Shown here one piece after another: positions 31,035 to 40,771 of a DNA stretch of 64,000 nucleotides. The notes under the pieces were generated by a model, which was given only the letters and a program-made list of their open reading frames with translations, had not been told where the DNA came from and did no database searches. Source of the stretch: an uncultured bacterium (GTDB lineage Bacteria; Oederibacteriota; PGYV01; CAWJRG01); assembly GCA_963845185.1 (NCBI GenBank), contig CAWJRG010000006.1:64001-128000 (forward strand), given 5' to 3'. The position numbers and the translations under genes are program-made. Numbering within the stretch: the first letter of the stretch is position 1; every line of letters starts with the position of its first letter.

Positions 31035-31465
31035 TTTGCTATTTTTGCAGCTGCCTCAAGCGCCAGGTAATAACTGTTTTCCCCAAAGCCGGTAATCTGG
31101 CCAACGACAACAGGAGCGATAAACGACTTTTGCCTGAAATCCTCCCTTTTATATATGTTGGAAAGGTGGACTTCTATGGTGGGAATATTTACCGAAGCCA
31201 GGGCGTCCCTTATTGCCACGGATGTGTGGGTATAGGCGCCGGGGTTTATTATAATGCAGTCTGCCCAGTTCAAGCCGTGCTGTATGGTGTCCACAATCTC
31301 GCCTTCATGGTTGCTTTGAACTGTTTTAATCTCCATATCAAGCTCTTTTGCCTGTATTTCAAGGTTTTTATTTATTTTTGCAAGGTCGGTATTGCCGTAT
31401 ATATCAGGCTCTCTCTGGCCGAGCAGGTTTAAATTCGGGCCGTGTATAACAAGGACCTTTTTCAT
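31031..31465 (-). CDS. aroQ: type II 3-dehydroquinate dehydratase
   Basis: HGPNLNLLGQREPDIYG, QSNHEG, INPGAYTHTSVAIRDAL, EVHLSNI. Confidence 0.97.
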   Translation of the reverse strand: MKKVLVIHGPNLNLLGQREPDIYGNTDLAKINKNLEIQAKELDMEIKTVQSNHEGEIVDTIQHGLNWADCIIINPGAYTHTSVAIRDALASVNIPTIEVHLSNIYKREDFRQKSFIAPVVVGQITGFGENSYYLALEAAAKIAK

Positions 31466-31588
31466 GATTATGCCTCCGTGGTTGCTTGATTTTTTTAAGT
31501 ATAACAGAAAAGCACGCGATTTCAACAGATTTTTCAGTTGAAGTTTTTGAATATAGGTTGTAAAATTGTGAAAATACGGATCCAGGAA

Positions 31589-31666
31589 GGGCTGGTAACT
31601 CAGTTTGGTTAGAGTGCCATCTTCACAGGATGGAAGTCGCCAGTTCAAATCTGGCCCAGCCCACCA
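31589..31666 (+). tRNA. tRNA-Val(CAC)
   Basis: GGGCTGG/CCAGCCC acceptor stem, CCATC-ttCACag-GATGG anticodon arm, TTCAAAT T-loop, encoded CCA. Confidence 0.93.
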
Positions 31667-31763
31667 TGATTTTTCTTTTCCATACAAAAGCGGAGCAGAT
31701 TGACTATTCGCTGGACAGACTGAATAATGTGAAGTTCAAAATTTCAAACCGGAGGCAGTAATT

Positions 31764-31832
31764 ATGTGCAAAACGTGCGGTTGCGGCATGCCCAAGAAAA
31801 CAAAAAAGAAAAAAACCAAAAAAGGCAAATAA
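31764..31832 (+). CDS. 22-aa CxxCGC micropeptide (HypB N-terminal nickel-motif-like) with poly-Lys tail
   Basis: MCKTCGCGMPKKTKKKKTKKGK*; GGAGG RBS at 31751-31755; directly upstream of hypA. Confidence 0.72.
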   Translation: MCKTCGCGMPKKTKKKKTKKGK

Positions 31833-31860
31833 CTTTAGAACAATATTTACGGAGTAAATC

Positions 31861-32202
31861 ATGCATGAAGTCTCAATAGCCGAAGAAATCAGGGATATAG
31901 TCCTGGAAAAATTAAAGGAACATAAGGCAAGCAAGGTGAGTAAAATAAAATTAATGATAGGCGAGCTCACCACCATAGTACCTGAAGCACTTAAGTTTGC
32001 CCTTGAAATAGTTTCGGACAAGACAGCAATGCAGGGCGCAAAAATACAGATAAAGACTGTAAAAACAAAAGTAAAATGCCTAAAATGCAAAAGGAAATTT
32101 AAAGCCGTTGATTTTGATTATGCCTGCCGGGCTTGCAAAAGCCAGGATGTCAGAATCATTGAAGGAAAAGAAATGATAATAAAGACTATTGATATGGAGT
32201 AA
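31861..32202 (+). CDS. hypA: hydrogenase maturation nickel metallochaperone HypA
   Basis: MHE N-terminus, CLKC and CRAC motifs, GKEM. Confidence 0.95.
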   Translation: MHEVSIAEEIRDIVLEKLKEHKASKVSKIKLMIGELTTIVPEALKFALEIVSDKTAMQGAKIQIKTVKTKVKCLKCKRKFKAVDFDYACRACKSQDVRIIEGKEMIIKTIDME

Positions 32203-32206
32203 CGAT

Positions 32207-32884
32207 ATGGCCAAAATCGATGTTTTTGAAAATATCATGAAGCGCAACGAGGCTAATGCCGCGAAAAACAAGAAAATAATAGGAAAGTCCCTGTGCATCA
32301 ATATTATGAGCTCGCCGGGCGCAGGCAAGACAACCATACTTGAGCGCACAATGGAAATACTCGGAAAAAAATATAAAATTGCCGTAATTGAAGGGGATGT
32401 GGCAACATCCAATGACGCGAAAAGAATCAAGAAATACAAAATACCAGTGTACCAGATAAAGACGGAGAACTACGGTGGCGGCTGCCACCTGGACGCGGCC
32501 ATGGTAAACAGCGCGCTTAAAAAATTAGGCGCTGGAAAGAAAAGGTATGATATTATTATAATTGAAAATGTAGGCAACCTTATATGCCCGGCTGATTTCG
32601 CGCTTGGCGAGGATAAAAAGGTGGTTGTGCTTTCCGTTACCGAAGGGGAAGACAAGCCGCTTAAATACCCTCTGATGTTTCAGGTGGCGGATGCGATGGT
32701 ACTTAATAAAATAGACCTTGTGCCGCACCTTGATTTTGACCAGGAAGAGCTGTTCAAAAACATGAAAAAAGTTAACAGCCGATTGACCCTGGTAAGAATG
32801 TCAGCCGCGCACGGGACATACACGGAGCAGTGGACAGGCCTTTTAGAAAAATGGATTAAGGAGAAAAAATGCCGGAAGAAGTAA
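32207..32884 (+). CDS. hypB: hydrogenase nickel incorporation GTPase HypB (no N-terminal CxxCGC extension)
   Basis: SSPGAGKTT, IEGD, GCHLDA, ENVGNLICPA, EGEDKPLKYP, NKIDL. Confidence 0.96.
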   Translation: MAKIDVFENIMKRNEANAAKNKKIIGKSLCINIMSSPGAGKTTILERTMEILGKKYKIAVIEGDVATSNDAKRIKKYKIPVYQIKTENYGGGCHLDAAMVNSALKKLGAGKKRYDIIIIENVGNLICPADFALGEDKKVVVLSVTEGEDKPLKYPLMFQVADAMVLNKIDLVPHLDFDQEELFKNMKKVNSRLTLVRMSAAHGTYTEQWTGLLEKWIKEKKCRKK

Positions 32885-35028
32885 AACCATTAAGCAAGGA
32901 TGATATAGATTACGCAAAGGTATTTAATATAAAAGTATGGGAGGGCATCCAATATAAACTCGCCAAAGTTCTCGGCATAACGATAAAAGTAATAAGCGAA
33001 GATAATAAAATAGAAACCGAGGAAACCAATTTTAACGAGTTCTGCGAACTTGTCAGGGGCACGGAAAAAGGCGCGTTGGCATGCAAGGAATTAAGGGTAA
33101 GCGAAACTGAAAAAGGAGCGAAATTCATCAAATGCAAGGCGGCGGGATTTACCCATTATTGCGCCTCGACTTATTTTTACGGGAAAAGATTCAATATACT
33201 TATAGGCATAAAAGGAGACCTGGATTATGACAAGACCGTAATTAAAAAAATCAGCGATGATTACGGGATAGATGCGGAAAAACTAATAAAATCATATAAA
33301 AGCATGAGCGTAGTGTCTGAGGAAAAAATAATCAGCCTTACGGATCTGATACTGGACCTTTTTAACATAGTGGTGGAACTTTCAGTGCAGCAATACACCA
33401 TTCACCGCGCAAACAAGGAAAAAGAGGAAGAAATAAGCAAGATGAGCGCGCTGATGGAAGCCAGCATAGTAATAAACTCCACCAGAAATTTGCAGCAGCT
33501 TTTAAGGATAATCATGCAGTCTGCCGAACGCGTAATGCAGGCAGAGGCCAGCTCGGTATTTTTAATTGATTCAGAAAAAAACGAGCTGTATTTTGAAGTG
33601 GCTACAGGCCCGAAAGAAAAAGAGGTAAAAGAAATAAGGCTGAAAATGGGCGAGGGCATAGCAGGATATGTGGCATATACGGGCGAGTCTTTGCTTGTGC
33701 CCGATGTCTCAAAAGACCCGAGGTTCGCGCGCAGGGTGGATGAGCAGACGCACTTCATAACAAGATCAGCCATATGCGTGCCTTTGAAAGTAAGAAATCA
33801 GATTATAGGCGTGGTACAGGTGCTTAATAAAATAGGAGGGACAACTTTTTCCAAAACCGAGATAAAATTCCTTGAGGCCCTTGCGTCACAGGCAGCCATA
33901 GCTATTGAGAATACAAACCTTTATGAGCATCTGGAAGAAAGGGCGGAGCAGTTAAACAAGGAATTAAAAGAAGCAAATATAAACCTGTCGATAGAAAAGC
34001 GCAGGATAGAATCAATGGTACAGAGCATGCAGGACGCCGTACTTGCCATAGACAAAGGCAGAAAAATAACCATGATGAACAGGATAGCGGAAAAAATATT
34101 TGATATTAACGCGGGCGAGGCTTTTAACAAGTTCATAGGAGATTATGTCAAGAACAAGGAAATAATTGATAATTTTAATCTGGTATTGACTGAAAAAAAC
34201 TCAACAAAAGGCGAAGTTAAATTTATGCTGGGAAGCAAAGAACATATTTTTGCGGCAGTATTTGCACCGATAATATCAGAAAGCCAGGAAGCCGCTGGTT
34301 CGGTGGCTGTTTTAAGGGATATAACGGAATTAAAAGAGCTGGATAAAATGAAAACCGAATTTTTGAACATGGTCTCTCATGAACTCAGGACCCCTCTTAC
34401 GCCGATACAGGCTTATTCGGAACTAATGATGACGCGGAATATGGAAGGCGAAAAGATAAAAGATTATGCAGGCATTATAAACAAGGAAACGCAAAGGCTT
34501 GGCGCGCTCATAGGGGACCTTCTCGACCTTTCAAGGGTGGAAGCAGGCAAGGGACTCAGCCTTGAACTGGAGGAAGTCGACCCTGTGGAGATAATCAAGC
34601 TTGTTTACGATACATTTAAAAATTCATCAAGCAAACATAAATTTATTTTGACAATACCTGAAAAAAGTGAGAAAATAATGATTGATAGAAATAAAATAAT
34701 CCAGGTTATAACAAACCTGTTATCAAATGCCGTAAAGTATTCACCGGATGGCGGGAATATAACAATTATTTTTGAAGACAAAGGTAATAGGGTGTATGTA
34801 AGAGTAAAGGATGAGGGAATAGGATTGGCCAAAGAGCATATTGACCAGGTTTTTGACAAGTTCTACAGGGTTCCAAGCGAAACAGTTAAAAAAATAAGCG
34901 GTACGGGCATAGGATTAACCATAGTAAAGTATATACTTGAACTGCACAACGGTGGAATAGCGGTTGAAAGCGAAGAGGGCAAGGGAAGCACATTTAGTTT
35001 TTATTTGCCAAAGGTAAAATCGATTTAA
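32869..35028 (+). CDS. cytoplasmic sensor histidine kinase (PocR-like, GAF, PAS, HisKA, HATPase)
   Basis: FCELVR..C..C.AGF PocR-like; GEGIAG GAF; SHELRTPLT, NLLSNAVKYS, DEGIG, GTGIGL. Confidence 0.92.
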   Translation: MPEEVKPLSKDDIDYAKVFNIKVWEGIQYKLAKVLGITIKVISEDNKIETEETNFNEFCELVRGTEKGALACKELRVSETEKGAKFIKCKAAGFTHYCASTYFYGKRFNILIGIKGDLDYDKTVIKKISDDYGIDAEKLIKSYKSMSVVSEEKIISLTDLILDLFNIVVELSVQQYTIHRANKEKEEEISKMSALMEASIVINSTRNLQQLLRIIMQSAERVMQAEASSVFLIDSEKNELYFEVATGPKEKEVKEIRLKMGEGIAGYVAYTGESLLVPDVSKDPRFARRVDEQTHFITRSAICVPLKVRNQIIGVVQVLNKIGGTTFSKTEIKFLEALASQAAIAIENTNLYEHLEERAEQLNKELKEANINLSIEKRRIESMVQSMQDAVLAIDKGRKITMMNRIAEKIFDINAGEAFNKFIGDYVKNKEIIDNFNLVLTEKNSTKGEVKFMLGSKEHIFAAVFAPIISESQEAAGSVAVLRDITELKELDKMKTEFLNMVSHELRTPLTPIQAYSELMMTRNMEGEKIKDYAGIINKETQRLGALIGDLLDLSRVEAGKGLSLELEEVDPVEIIKLVYDTFKNSSSKHKFILTIPEKSEKIMIDRNKIIQVITNLLSNAVKYSPDGGNITIIFEDKGNRVYVRVKDEGIGLAKEHIDQVFDKFYRVPSETVKKISGTGIGLTIVKYILELHNGGIAVESEEGKGSTFSFYLPKVKSI

Positions 35029-35042
35029 AAGGAGGAAATAAT

Positions 35043-35456
35043 ATGGCTGATGAAAAAAGAAAGGTGGTTGTAGCAGATGATGAGCCTTTTATATTGTCTG
35101 CGTTGCAGGATACTTTATCCGAGGACTATAAAGTTTACAGCGCAACAAACGGCAAGGAAGCCATAAAAATGGTTGAAAAGGTGGAGCCTGACCTGATAAT
35201 ACTTGACGTAATGATGCCTGAAATGGACGGGCTTGAGGCATGCAAAGTTTTGAAAAAATCTGCCGTAACTGCAAACGTGCCCATAATAATATTGACCGCA
35301 AAAGGCCAGATAACGGATATTGAAAAAGGTTTTAAATCAGGAGCGGACGCTTATATTGTCAAGCCATTTTCACCGGCAAGGCTTATTGAGAAAGTGGAAG
35401 AAATTTTTGAAAAGGTTGAAATGCGGAGAAAGATCCAGGACAAAAAGAAAGAATAG
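35043..35456 (+). CDS. single-domain response regulator
   Basis: ADDE, LDVMMP, LTAK, KPF. Confidence 0.93.
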   Translation: MADEKRKVVVADDEPFILSALQDTLSEDYKVYSATNGKEAIKMVEKVEPDLIILDVMMPEMDGLEACKVLKKSAVTANVPIIILTAKGQITDIEKGFKSGADAYIVKPFSPARLIEKVEEIFEKVEMRRKIQDKKKE

Positions 35457-35475
35457 TTATTATAGGTTTTAAAAG

Positions 35476-35506
35476 AATAGCTGCTCGATAAAAAGCAGCT
35501 ATTTTT
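35476..35506 (+). terminator. intrinsic terminator
   Basis: AATAGCTGCT/AGCAGCTATT hairpin followed by T run. Confidence 0.6.
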
Positions 35507-35563
35507 AGGTAATACTTAGTGAAAAAAAATACAAAGTTAGATGAAAATATTTAAAAAAAGTGT

Positions 35564-35592
35564 TTGACAAAAAAGACAAATTTTATTATAAT
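35564..35592 (+). promoter_or_regulatory. consensus sigma70 promoter of the aminotransferase-serA operon
   Basis: TTGACA-17 bp-TATAAT. Confidence 0.8.
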
Positions 35593-35645
35593 TTAATCAA
35601 AAGATAGTTAAATTTATCACAAACTTTTAAAGGAGGTGTGCTAAA

Positions 35646-36800
35646 ATGAAGAAAAAATACATTATGGCACCAGGACCAACAGAAGTACCGCCTGACGTAT
35701 TGGCGGAAGGCGCAAAGCCTGTATTGCACCACAGAACACCGCAATTCAGGAAGATTCTTACCGAAGTTCTCGACGGGGTAAAGTATGTAATCGGCACGAC
35801 AAGAAACGTTTACATTATGACGGCTTCGGGCACAGGAGCAATGGAAGCAGCAGTCTCAAATGTCGTAAATCCGGGCGATAAAGTAATTGTGGGAACCATA
35901 GGTTCTTTTGGAGACAGATGGGAAAGCCTCGCAAAAGTATACGGCGCGAATATAGTCAAGATTGCTCCGGAGTGGGGCTATGCGTTAAATCCAAACGAGG
36001 TTAAAAAGGCGCTTGACGCAAATCCCGACGCAGTTGCGCTGTTTATCCAGCTCAACGAAACGTCTACGGGCGTTTATAACGATGTGGAAGCAATAGGCAA
36101 GCTTACGGCAAATCACAAAGCCCTGCTAGTGGTGGACGGTATCTCGGGAATAGGGGCGCAGCCGTATTATCAGGACAAATGGGGAGTAGATGTGACGGTT
36201 ATCGGTTCACAAAAGGGATTCATGATACCGCCGGGTCTTGCTTTTATTTCCTGCAGCGAAAAAGCATGGAAAGTCGTGGAGGCAAATAAGGCGCCCAAAT
36301 TTTATTTTGATTTGAAGAGGTATGAAAAGGCGCTGACAAAAGAAAAAATGCCTGATACGCCTTGGACATCAGCTGTGTCGCTTATAACCCAGCAGGCTGT
36401 GGCGCTGCGCATGATAAAGGAAGAGACGAACGAGAAAATATGGGAAAGGCACGCCAAACTTTCAAAAGCGGTCCGCGAAGGCATTAAAGCCCTGGGACTT
36501 GAGCTTTTTGCAAAAGAGAACCCAGCAGTTGTATTGACGACCGTAACGGTACCTCAGGGTGTTGACGGCAAGGCACTTGTAAAAAAGATCAGGGATGATT
36601 ACGGAATATCCATGGTTGGAGGCCAGGCAAAACTTGAAGGCCTGATATTCAGGATTGGAACCCTGGGTTATACCGACAGGTTTGACCCGATAATGGGTAT
36701 CGCAGCAGTTGAAATGGCTTTAAAAGAGCTTGGAGGGAATATTGAAATCGGAAAAGGTGTGAAAAGAACAATGGAAGTTCTTATGGAAGAAAAATATTGA
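35646..36800 (+). CDS. class V PLP aminotransferase (serine-pyruvate/alanine-glyoxylate family; probable phosphoserine aminotransferase role)
   Basis: PGPT, HHRT, ASGTGAMEAA, NETSTG, GSQKG..PPGL; adjacent to serA. Confidence 0.9.
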   Translation: MKKKYIMAPGPTEVPPDVLAEGAKPVLHHRTPQFRKILTEVLDGVKYVIGTTRNVYIMTASGTGAMEAAVSNVVNPGDKVIVGTIGSFGDRWESLAKVYGANIVKIAPEWGYALNPNEVKKALDANPDAVALFIQLNETSTGVYNDVEAIGKLTANHKALLVVDGISGIGAQPYYQDKWGVDVTVIGSQKGFMIPPGLAFISCSEKAWKVVEANKAPKFYFDLKRYEKALTKEKMPDTPWTSAVSLITQQAVALRMIKEETNEKIWERHAKLSKAVREGIKALGLELFAKENPAVVLTTVTVPQGVDGKALVKKIRDDYGISMVGGQAKLEGLIFRIGTLGYTDRFDPIMGIAAVEMALKELGGNIEIGKGVKRTMEVLMEEKY

Positions 36801-36873
36801 TCGACACTATAAAAAAGTTCAACAATAATGCCAGATTTAAATAATAGTTGGCTCGAAAAAAAGGAGGTTGGTT

Positions 36874-38463
36874 ATGTTTAAAATTTTAGTCAGCGACAAG
36901 CTTGCAGATGATGCGTTAAAAATGCTGCAGGGAGAAAAGGACATAGAGTGCACGGTAAAAACAGGCCTTACAGAGGAACAACTCGCGGATGAGCTGCCCA
37001 ATTACGACGCCCTTATAATAAGGAGCGGGACAAAAGTGACGCCAAAGGCGCTGGAGAAGGTAAAAAAATTAAAAGTGATTGGAAGGGCAGGAGTCGGGGT
37101 AGATAATGTCGACATGCCCACTGCCACTGCCAAGGGCGTGATAGTGATGAACACGCCGGACGCGAATACTCTGTCAACAGCAGAGCAGACAATTACGCTT
37201 ATCCTCAGCATGGTAAGGAATTTGCCCCAGGCAGACGCGTCTTTAAAAGCAAAAAAATGGGAAAGAAATAAATTCACGGGAATGGAACTCTACGGAAAGA
37301 CGCTAGGTATTATCGGACTCGGAAGGATAGGTACCGAAGTGGCAAAAAGAATGCTTTCTTTTGGAATGAAGGTAATAGGACAAGACCCTTTTATTACGAA
37401 AGAAAAAGCCGAGGCGCTGGGCGTGGAGATAATGCCGGTGGCTGAGATTATTAAGAAAGCGGACATAATCACCGTCCATGTACCAAAAAACAAGGAAACC
37501 ACGAATCTGATAACCGCAAAGGAAATAGCTACAATGAAAGACGGGGTAATGCTTGTGAACTGCGCGAGAGGCGGCATAATCAATGAAAAAGACCTTGCGG
37601 ACGCGTTAAAGTCCGGCAAAGTCAAAAAAGCTGCGCTTGACGTGTACGACAAGGAACCACCTTTTGACTCCGAACTTTTCACGGTCGACCCAAGCAATAT
37701 AATACTGGCTCCTCACCTTGGGGCGTCTACTGTTGAGGCGCAGGAGAATGTAGGAAAAGTAATAGTGGAGCAGGTAATTGACGCACTAAGGGGCAAACTT
37801 ATAAAGAACGCCCTTAATATACCTGCCATACCGCCGGAGATTTTAAAGGAAATGCAGCCGTACCTTACCTTAAATGAAAAGCTTGGAAACTTTGCGGCCC
37901 AGCTTATCGAAGGCAACATAAAGAGTGTCACAATAGAATACAGCGGCGATGTGACGAAATACGACATGAAATTTTTGACCATAGCCGCCATCAAGGGGCT
38001 ATTGACACCGGCTGTAGGCGATACGGTGAATTATGTGAACGCGTTGCCAATAGCCAAAGAAAGGGGCATAGCGGTTATTGAGAAAACGACCACGGTAATA
38101 ACCAACTATCCGAACCTTGTTAGCGTTGCCATTGAAACAGACAAGGAAAAAAGAATGGTGTTTGGAAGTCTTGCCATAACAAAGGAAGCCAGGATAGTAG
38201 GCATTGACAAGTTTGAGCTTGAAATAGCGCCTGAGAAGAACATGATTGTTTATAAGAACAACGACAAACCCGGCATAATCGGCAGGGTTGGAACAGTACT
38301 CGGGACAAATAACATTAACATAGCTTCGTTTGCGCTTGGAAGGCACAAGGAAGAAAAAGTCGCGCTTGGCGTGCTGACCGTAGACACCGAAGTGCCCAAA
38401 GCAGTGATTGACAGCCTGAAAAATACAGGGGATATAATAGAGGCAAAATATATAACCCTGTAA
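36874..38463 (+). CDS. serA: D-3-phosphoglycerate dehydrogenase with ASB and ACT domains
   Basis: GRAGVGVDN, GLGRIG, NCARGG, PHLGAST.EAQ, DKPGIIG ACT. Confidence 0.96.
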   Translation: MFKILVSDKLADDALKMLQGEKDIECTVKTGLTEEQLADELPNYDALIIRSGTKVTPKALEKVKKLKVIGRAGVGVDNVDMPTATAKGVIVMNTPDANTLSTAEQTITLILSMVRNLPQADASLKAKKWERNKFTGMELYGKTLGIIGLGRIGTEVAKRMLSFGMKVIGQDPFITKEKAEALGVEIMPVAEIIKKADIITVHVPKNKETTNLITAKEIATMKDGVMLVNCARGGIINEKDLADALKSGKVKKAALDVYDKEPPFDSELFTVDPSNIILAPHLGASTVEAQENVGKVIVEQVIDALRGKLIKNALNIPAIPPEILKEMQPYLTLNEKLGNFAAQLIEGNIKSVTIEYSGDVTKYDMKFLTIAAIKGLLTPAVGDTVNYVNALPIAKERGIAVIEKTTTVITNYPNLVSVAIETDKEKRMVFGSLAITKEARIVGIDKFELEIAPEKNMIVYKNNDKPGIIGRVGTVLGTNNINIASFALGRHKEEKVALGVLTVDTEVPKAVIDSLKNTGDIIEAKYITL

Positions 38464-38642
38464 AAGATAAGAATAGAAATTCCGGCGGCCCGGTTGCGCT
38501 ATACGCATAGCGCTCCTGCCGCCGGTTCTGTTTTATATTGAAATTTGAAGAGAAATGATATATTATTATTCGGGTTTGAATGCGTATCAGGATAAAAATC
38601 CGGGAAACGGCCATAAAAATTTAAAAATAAAAGGAGCAAAAC

Positions 38643-39920
38643 ATGCCTGCTGATGTAATATTAGGGACCCAGTGGGGAGATGAAGGTAAAGGCAAGATAG
38701 TCGACCTTTTTTCGGAGAAATATGACGTCATTGCCCGGTATCAGGGCGGCAGTAACGCAGGGCATACAGTAATTGTAGGCAAAGAAAAATATATAATGCA
38801 CCTATTACCGTCAGGAATCCTGCATAAGAATAAAATAAACATAATAAGCCACGGGGTTGTTATTGATATTGCAGCGCTGGTTTCAGAAATAAAAGAACTT
38901 GAAAAAAGAGGGGTTAAGATAACTTCAAAGAACCTCATGATAAGCGATAACGCAAGCCTGGTGCTGCCTTACCACAAGGCCATGGACAAAGGCAAAGAAA
39001 AAATGAAAAAAGACAAAAAAATAGGCACAACAGGCAGGGGCATAGGCCCGGCTTATACAGACAAGTACGTAAGAATAGGCGTAAGGCTGCGGGATATTTA
39101 TAACGACAAGGTGTTTAAAGCAAAAATTGAAGAAAACCTTGAAGAAAAAAATTTTATTTTGAAAAAATTTTACGGTGAAGATGAAATAAGCGCGGCCATG
39201 GTAATAAATGAAGTAAAAAAATACAGAGAAATATTAAGGCCGTATGTAAAAGACACCGTTTACGAGATAAACCGCCTGCTTGACAAAAAAAAGAAAGTAT
39301 TGTTTGAGGGAGCCCAGGGAGCGCTGCTTGATATAGATTTCGGCACTTATCCTTATGTGACATCTTCAAACCCAACAATAGGCGGAGTCATAACCGGTAC
39401 CGGCGTAGCACCAAACAGGATTAAAAAGGTATGGGGCATAACCAAGGCATACCAGACGAGGGTCGGGAACGGTCCCATGCCGACGGAAATGGATATTAAA
39501 ACGGCAAACACGACTAGGGAAAAAGGCTCCGAATACGGCGCCACTACAGGCAGGCCGCGAAGATGCGGCTGGCTGGACCTGGTTGCTCTGAAATATGTGT
39601 GCGAATTAAACGGACTTACCGACATGCTGCTTACAAAAATAGATATATTGTCTATTTTTAAAAAAATACAAGTAGCAACGCATTATATATATAGAGGCAA
39701 GAAGATAACGCGGTTCATTGCCGACGGCGAGGAACTGTTTAAATGCAAACCGGTTTACAAAATACTAAATGGATGGGGAACAGACCTTTCTACAATAGAA
39801 CGTTACAAAGACCTTCCTAAAGCAACAAAAGACTATTTAAAATTCATTGAAGAATATACAGGCGTAAAGGTTTCAATTATATCAGTCGGCCCTGAAAGAA
39901 GACAGATATTAAAAAAGTAA
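38643..39920 (+). CDS. purA: adenylosuccinate synthetase
   Basis: QWGDEGKGK, GGSNAGHT, EGAQG, GATTGRPRRCGWLD. Confidence 0.98.
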   Translation: MPADVILGTQWGDEGKGKIVDLFSEKYDVIARYQGGSNAGHTVIVGKEKYIMHLLPSGILHKNKINIISHGVVIDIAALVSEIKELEKRGVKITSKNLMISDNASLVLPYHKAMDKGKEKMKKDKKIGTTGRGIGPAYTDKYVRIGVRLRDIYNDKVFKAKIEENLEEKNFILKKFYGEDEISAAMVINEVKKYREILRPYVKDTVYEINRLLDKKKKVLFEGAQGALLDIDFGTYPYVTSSNPTIGGVITGTGVAPNRIKKVWGITKAYQTRVGNGPMPTEMDIKTANTTREKGSEYGATTGRPRRCGWLDLVALKYVCELNGLTDMLLTKIDILSIFKKIQVATHYIYRGKKITRFIADGEELFKCKPVYKILNGWGTDLSTIERYKDLPKATKDYLKFIEEYTGVKVSIISVGPERRQILKK

Positions 39921-39940
39921 CAAAATATACGGAGAGCGTA

Positions 39941-40771
39941 ATGAAAAAGAAAAGCAGTATAATAAATATATCAATAACAATAATTGGGTTTATTTTGGCA
40001 GTAATTATTGGATATATCGATTATAAGACAGGCAGGGACATAAGCATTGATATATTTTATTTGCTGCCGGTGGCTATGGTGGTGTGGTTTACGGAATTGC
40101 CTTTCGCGGTTTTTATATCGTTCGCAGGGGCGCTGATATGGTATGCAAGCGATGCAAGCAGCGGGTATAAATACCCCCATCCGGCTATAATTTACTGGAA
40201 TGCGTTTGCGATTTTCGGCATTCTAATAATAACCGCGCTTCTGCTTGATGGATTAAAAAAATCCCTTATAAAAGAAAAAGCTTTGGCAAGGACAGATTAT
40301 CTTACGGAACTGGCAAACAGGCGGAGTTTTTTCGAGGCAGCTGACGCGGAAATAAACCGCAGCGGCCGCAATAAACTGCCGTTTACCATGGCTTATATAG
40401 ACACAGATAACTTTAAAAGCATCAATGACAATTTCGGCCACGCGACCGGTGACAGGGTTTTGAAAATCATCGCAATGGGCATAAAGAAAAATATAAGGAA
40501 AATGGATACGGCTGCCAGGATTGGCGGCGATGAATTCGCCGTGTTACTGCCCGAAACAAACAGCGAGGCGGCAAAACATGCAATGGACAAAATATACATG
40601 CTGCTAAGCGAAGCCATGAAAGGCCTGTCTTTCCCGATAACATTCAGTGTAGGAGTGGTGACTTTTGCGAACCCGCCGAAAGACGCGGACGAGATGATTA
40701 AGATAACAGACGAGCTGATGTATTCGGTGAAGGCAATGGGGAAAAATAATATAAAGTACGAAATTAACTAG
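39941..40771 (+). CDS. membrane-bound diguanylate cyclase
   Basis: four N-terminal TM segments; DTDNFKSINDNFGH, ARIGGDEF. Confidence 0.92.
   Translation: MKKKSSIINISITIIGFILAVIIGYIDYKTGRDISIDIFYLLPVAMVVWFTELPFAVFISFAGALIWYASDASSGYKYPHPAIIYWNAFAIFGILIITALLLDGLKKSLIKEKALARTDYLTELANRRSFFEAADAEINRSGRNKLPFTMAYIDTDNFKSINDNFGHATGDRVLKIIAMGIKKNIRKMDTAARIGGDEFAVLLPETNSEAAKHAMDKIYMLLSEAMKGLSFPITFSVGVVTFANPPKDADEMIKITDELMYSVKAMGKNNIKYEIN

Noticed and set aside
31466..31687. N-terminal extension of aroQ in the ORF track
   Set aside because: It overlaps tRNA-Val on the opposite strand; the true start is 31465 after a GGAGG RBS
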